Positions 6,630 to 8,877 of a stretch of DNA of 8,877 bases are shown piece after piece (position 1 is the first letter of the stretch; each line of letters starts with the position of its first letter). The stretch lies in IMG/VR virus record IMGVR_UViG_2660237953_000005; one strand, written 5' to 3'. The notes beneath the pieces were generated by a model, which saw only the letters and a list, made by a program, of their open reading frames with translations, was not told the DNA's origin and ran no database searches. The translations under genes were made by a program, and so were the position numbers. Origin of the DNA: a virus. Its lineage: Duplodnaviria > Heunggongvirae > Uroviricota > Caudoviricetes.

Positions 6630-8540
6630 TCACTCCTCCGGACAGCTTCGCTGCCAGTTCTTCAAGGGTCGGTTGTGCAGTTGCATCCTTGCGGGATGCA
6701 ACTGCACAGCCAGATCAAGTTGCCAGCGTTGCACGGACACACGTAATGCCGCATAGGCATACACCAGGCAGTCCAGCGCTTCGTTACGCCGCTTTTTGTT
6801 ATCCCACAACAGACGCATCTTTCCTTTTTCCCACTTTTCCACCAGTTCCTCCGCCACCAGTTGTTGTGCCTCTGTCTGCGAAAAAATCTCCGGATTATCA
6901 GGAAAGCGGATGGCATACGATGTGGCCTCATTCACAGGGGTGGGATCGGCCTTCATTCGGGCATAGAGAATTTCTTTTGCGGTATCCGTCCCCACCTCAC
7001 ACAGATACACACCCCGCTGATTGCGGGTTTTCGGCATGGTGATCACCGGCTTGCCATAGACAGAGGCACCTTTTACCGGCAGTACCCGGAAAATACCGTG
7101 TTTTTTTGACCTCTGATACACGATTTCGCCATCGATCCCCCCGATATCCCAGCAGACACGGGAAATGGTCATTTCGGTACCGTCTGCATGGCGGTATTTT
7201 TTATTGATCGCCGCATCCACACGTAACAGCGTCTCTTCCTCATCAGGACGTCCCATGATGATGATTTTATCCACCAGAAAGGCTTCCTCTCCCGGAGCCC
7301 ACCCCCAGACATACATCTCAAAACGGTTTCGCTGCGAGTCAATGCCCGCCGTCAGATAAACCACCCGGACAGGCACCGTTGCCGTGTAAGGCACAACCTT
7401 ATCCATCAGTACCTGGTGATCGAGTTTTTCGCCCACGGCCTCTTCCCAGGTCTCGCCCAGCGTGGTGTTCACAAAAGTTTTCACGCCGTTGGGATCTTTC
7501 AGTGCATCCAGCCAGTCACAGACTATCTGTACCCTGGTGGTGAACGGACTGTACGCCGTCCATATATGGAAAGTGATGGAGCGCGGCGGCGGAATTTCAT
7601 TACCCGAAGCACTGAAAAACGTCAGACCGTCACACGTCCACATCCCGGTATTGTCACAAATCCAGCGCCCCCCGGTCTGATCAAGTTCAGACTGACGGAT
7701 CACGCAGCCATTATGTTCACACAGGTAATACACCGTTTCCGGTTTACCCTTCTCCCATTTCAGGCCAAACGACGTCGCATCATCGCCAAACTTCAGATAC
7801 TGCTCCTCCCCGCAATGAGGGCAAGGGACATAAAACCGCATGAAATGCGCAGATTCATTCGCAGCTTTTTCAATCTGACAGGAGCCTTTAATTTTTGGCG
7901 TTGAACCGCGTATGGATTTTGGCCATACCGAACCTTCAATACGTTTATCGCCAAGCAGTGTTGGCGAACCTTCTTTTTCCACATCCGGTTCAAACGAGGA
8001 GAGTTCGTCATAGCAGACCACATCGACAGATTTTTCACGGTAGTTTTTGGCAGCAGCACCACCCAAACACCAGAACCCCACACCAGAGGAAAAACGCTTC
8101 AGTGTGAGCGTATTATCCCGGTGTTTCCGGCCCAGCCAGGGAGAAAGTTTTTTCAGGCAAGGAACATCACGAATTGTTGCTTCCACGTGAGACTTCATAA
8201 AATCTTCAGCAGCTGAGTCCGTCGGCTGAAAAAGAAGAGTGTTGCGGGATTTGTGCTCAATAAAATACCCGATCACACCAAGCACCATTTTTGTATAACC
8301 AACACGGGCAGATTTAATCAGGTTAACTGTACGAATCTCGTCATTGCCCATGCAGTTCATGATGGCGACCTGAAACTGCAGCGTTTTCCATTCCCCCTCA
8401 CCGTATGACGATTCTTTAGGCAGGTAATAATTTTGATCGGCCCATTCTACAGCCGTCACCGGCAATACCCTGACCAGTGGCTGCAGTGCGATAGTGACTG
8501 CCACCATCATATTACTCAGTTGTTGTTCTGATATATTCAT
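6630..8540 (-). CDS. A: terminase large subunit, lambda gpA-like
   Basis: Strong homology across about 600 aa (TAVEWAD.NYYLPKES, KSARVGY.KM, YFIEHK.RNTL, RDNTLT.KRF, GFWCLGG.AAKNYREKSVDV, GSPT.LGDKRIEGSVWPKSIRGSTPK, HFMRF.V.CPHCGEEQYLKFGD, FHIWTAYSPFTT, KTFVNTTLGETWE, YLTAGIDSQ, GIFRV.P.KGASVYGKPV, WD.KKRRNEALDC). Start taken at the MNISEQQ methionine (8538..8540), matching the lambda gpA N-terminus (MNIS...), not the ORF-track start at 8597. The start overlaps the nu1 3' end by 29 nt, similar to lambda. Confidence 0.92.
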   Translation of the reverse strand: MNISEQQLSNMMVAVTIALQPLVRVLPVTAVEWADQNYYLPKESSYGEGEWKTLQFQVAIMNCMGNDEIRTVNLIKSARVGYTKMVLGVIGYFIEHKSRNTLLFQPTDSAAEDFMKSHVEATIRDVPCLKKLSPWLGRKHRDNTLTLKRFSSGVGFWCLGGAAAKNYREKSVDVVCYDELSSFEPDVEKEGSPTLLGDKRIEGSVWPKSIRGSTPKIKGSCQIEKAANESAHFMRFYVPCPHCGEEQYLKFGDDATSFGLKWEKGKPETVYYLCEHNGCVIRQSELDQTGGRWICDNTGMWTCDGLTFFSASGNEIPPPRSITFHIWTAYSPFTTRVQIVCDWLDALKDPNGVKTFVNTTLGETWEEAVGEKLDHQVLMDKVVPYTATVPVRVVYLTAGIDSQRNRFEMYVWGWAPGEEAFLVDKIIIMGRPDEEETLLRVDAAINKKYRHADGTEMTISRVCWDIGGIDGEIVYQRSKKHGIFRVLPVKGASVYGKPVITMPKTRNQRGVYLCEVGTDTAKEILYARMKADPTPVNEATSYAIRFPDNPEIFSQTEAQQLVAEELVEKWEKGKMRLLWDNKKRRNEALDCLVYAYAALRVSVQRWQLDLAVQLHPARMQLHNRPLKNWQRSCPEE

Positions 8541-8835
8541 CGAGTAAATCCGGTAATTTATCCCCCGCACGCGCGCACTGATTCGCTCCCTTAGCAATAA
8601 GGATTTTCAGATGATCAATATGACGCGGCGTTAAATCCGGGAACTGTCGTTGCATGGACAAAGGAATGGAGTCAAGCGTACTGGATAAAGCCATCGCCAG
8701 CTTACTAAGGGCAAAAATACAAAATCCGGTATCGATAAGATTTCCTTTTGACACCTGATTTTTTAACTGCTGTGCGACAGCCTGTTCTGCGGTCAGTTCC
8801 CATCTGGCAATGAGTAGTTTGAGGTGTACTGGCAA
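8512..8835 (-). CDS. nu1: terminase small subunit, lambda Nu1-like, C-terminal region only; the N-terminal DNA-binding part is not found in frame within the window
   Basis: The C-terminal ~100 aa align with lambda Nu1 (LT..QA.AQ.LKN, FC.F.LS..A...S.LD..PLS.QR.FP.L..RH.D.LK, LP.LL.EYI). The ORF-track start is a TTG at 8833..8835. The same frame has a TAG at 8845..8847 and a TAA at 8863..8865 immediately upstream. Confidence 0.55.
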   Translation of the reverse strand: MPVHLKLLIARWELTAEQAVAQQLKNQVSKGNLIDTGFCIFALSKLAMALSSTLDSIPLSMQRQFPDLTPRHIDHLKILIAKGANQCARAGDKLPDLLDEYIRTTTE

Positions 8836-8877
8836 TAGCGGACACTACCATTTGTTCTTTTTTTAAGCAGCCATCTG

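Noticed and set aside
8541-8597. ORF-track start of the large terminase at 8597 (MLRERISARVRGINYRIYS...)
   Set aside because: This is a non-ATG start that adds 19 residues with no similarity to gpA. The MNIS methionine at 8538..8540 matches the lambda gpA N-terminus and the lambda-like nu1/A overlap.

Overview
This window is a near-complete lambda-type (lambdoid) head morphogenesis and DNA-packaging module, encoded entirely on the minus strand in canonical lambda order: nu1 (C-terminal part) - A - W - B - C/nu3 - D - E - FI - FII - Z - U, with a ribosome-binding site for the next gene (expected V) at the window start. Gene sizes, order and junctions (ATGA stop/start overlaps at W/B and Z/U, 11-nt FI-FII spacer, ~57-nt D-E spacer) mirror phage lambda, and the proteins appear about 50-70% identical to it. 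All homology calls rest on my recollection of lambda protein sequences, not on a database search. The sequence is draft quality: a 175-N gap sits inside the C/nu3 gene, the portal gene B is split by a one-base indel in an A6 run, and the nu1 frame has stop codons just upstream. I see no inserted cargo gene, defense system, toxin-antitoxin pair, CRISPR array or RNA gene; the module is about as compact as lambda. I therefore do not claim a novel system. The most unusual observations are a tandem ~150-bp in-frame repeat expansion in the scaffold part of C/nu3, the frameshifted portal, a terminator-like hairpin between E and FI, and the anomalous 5' region of nu1.
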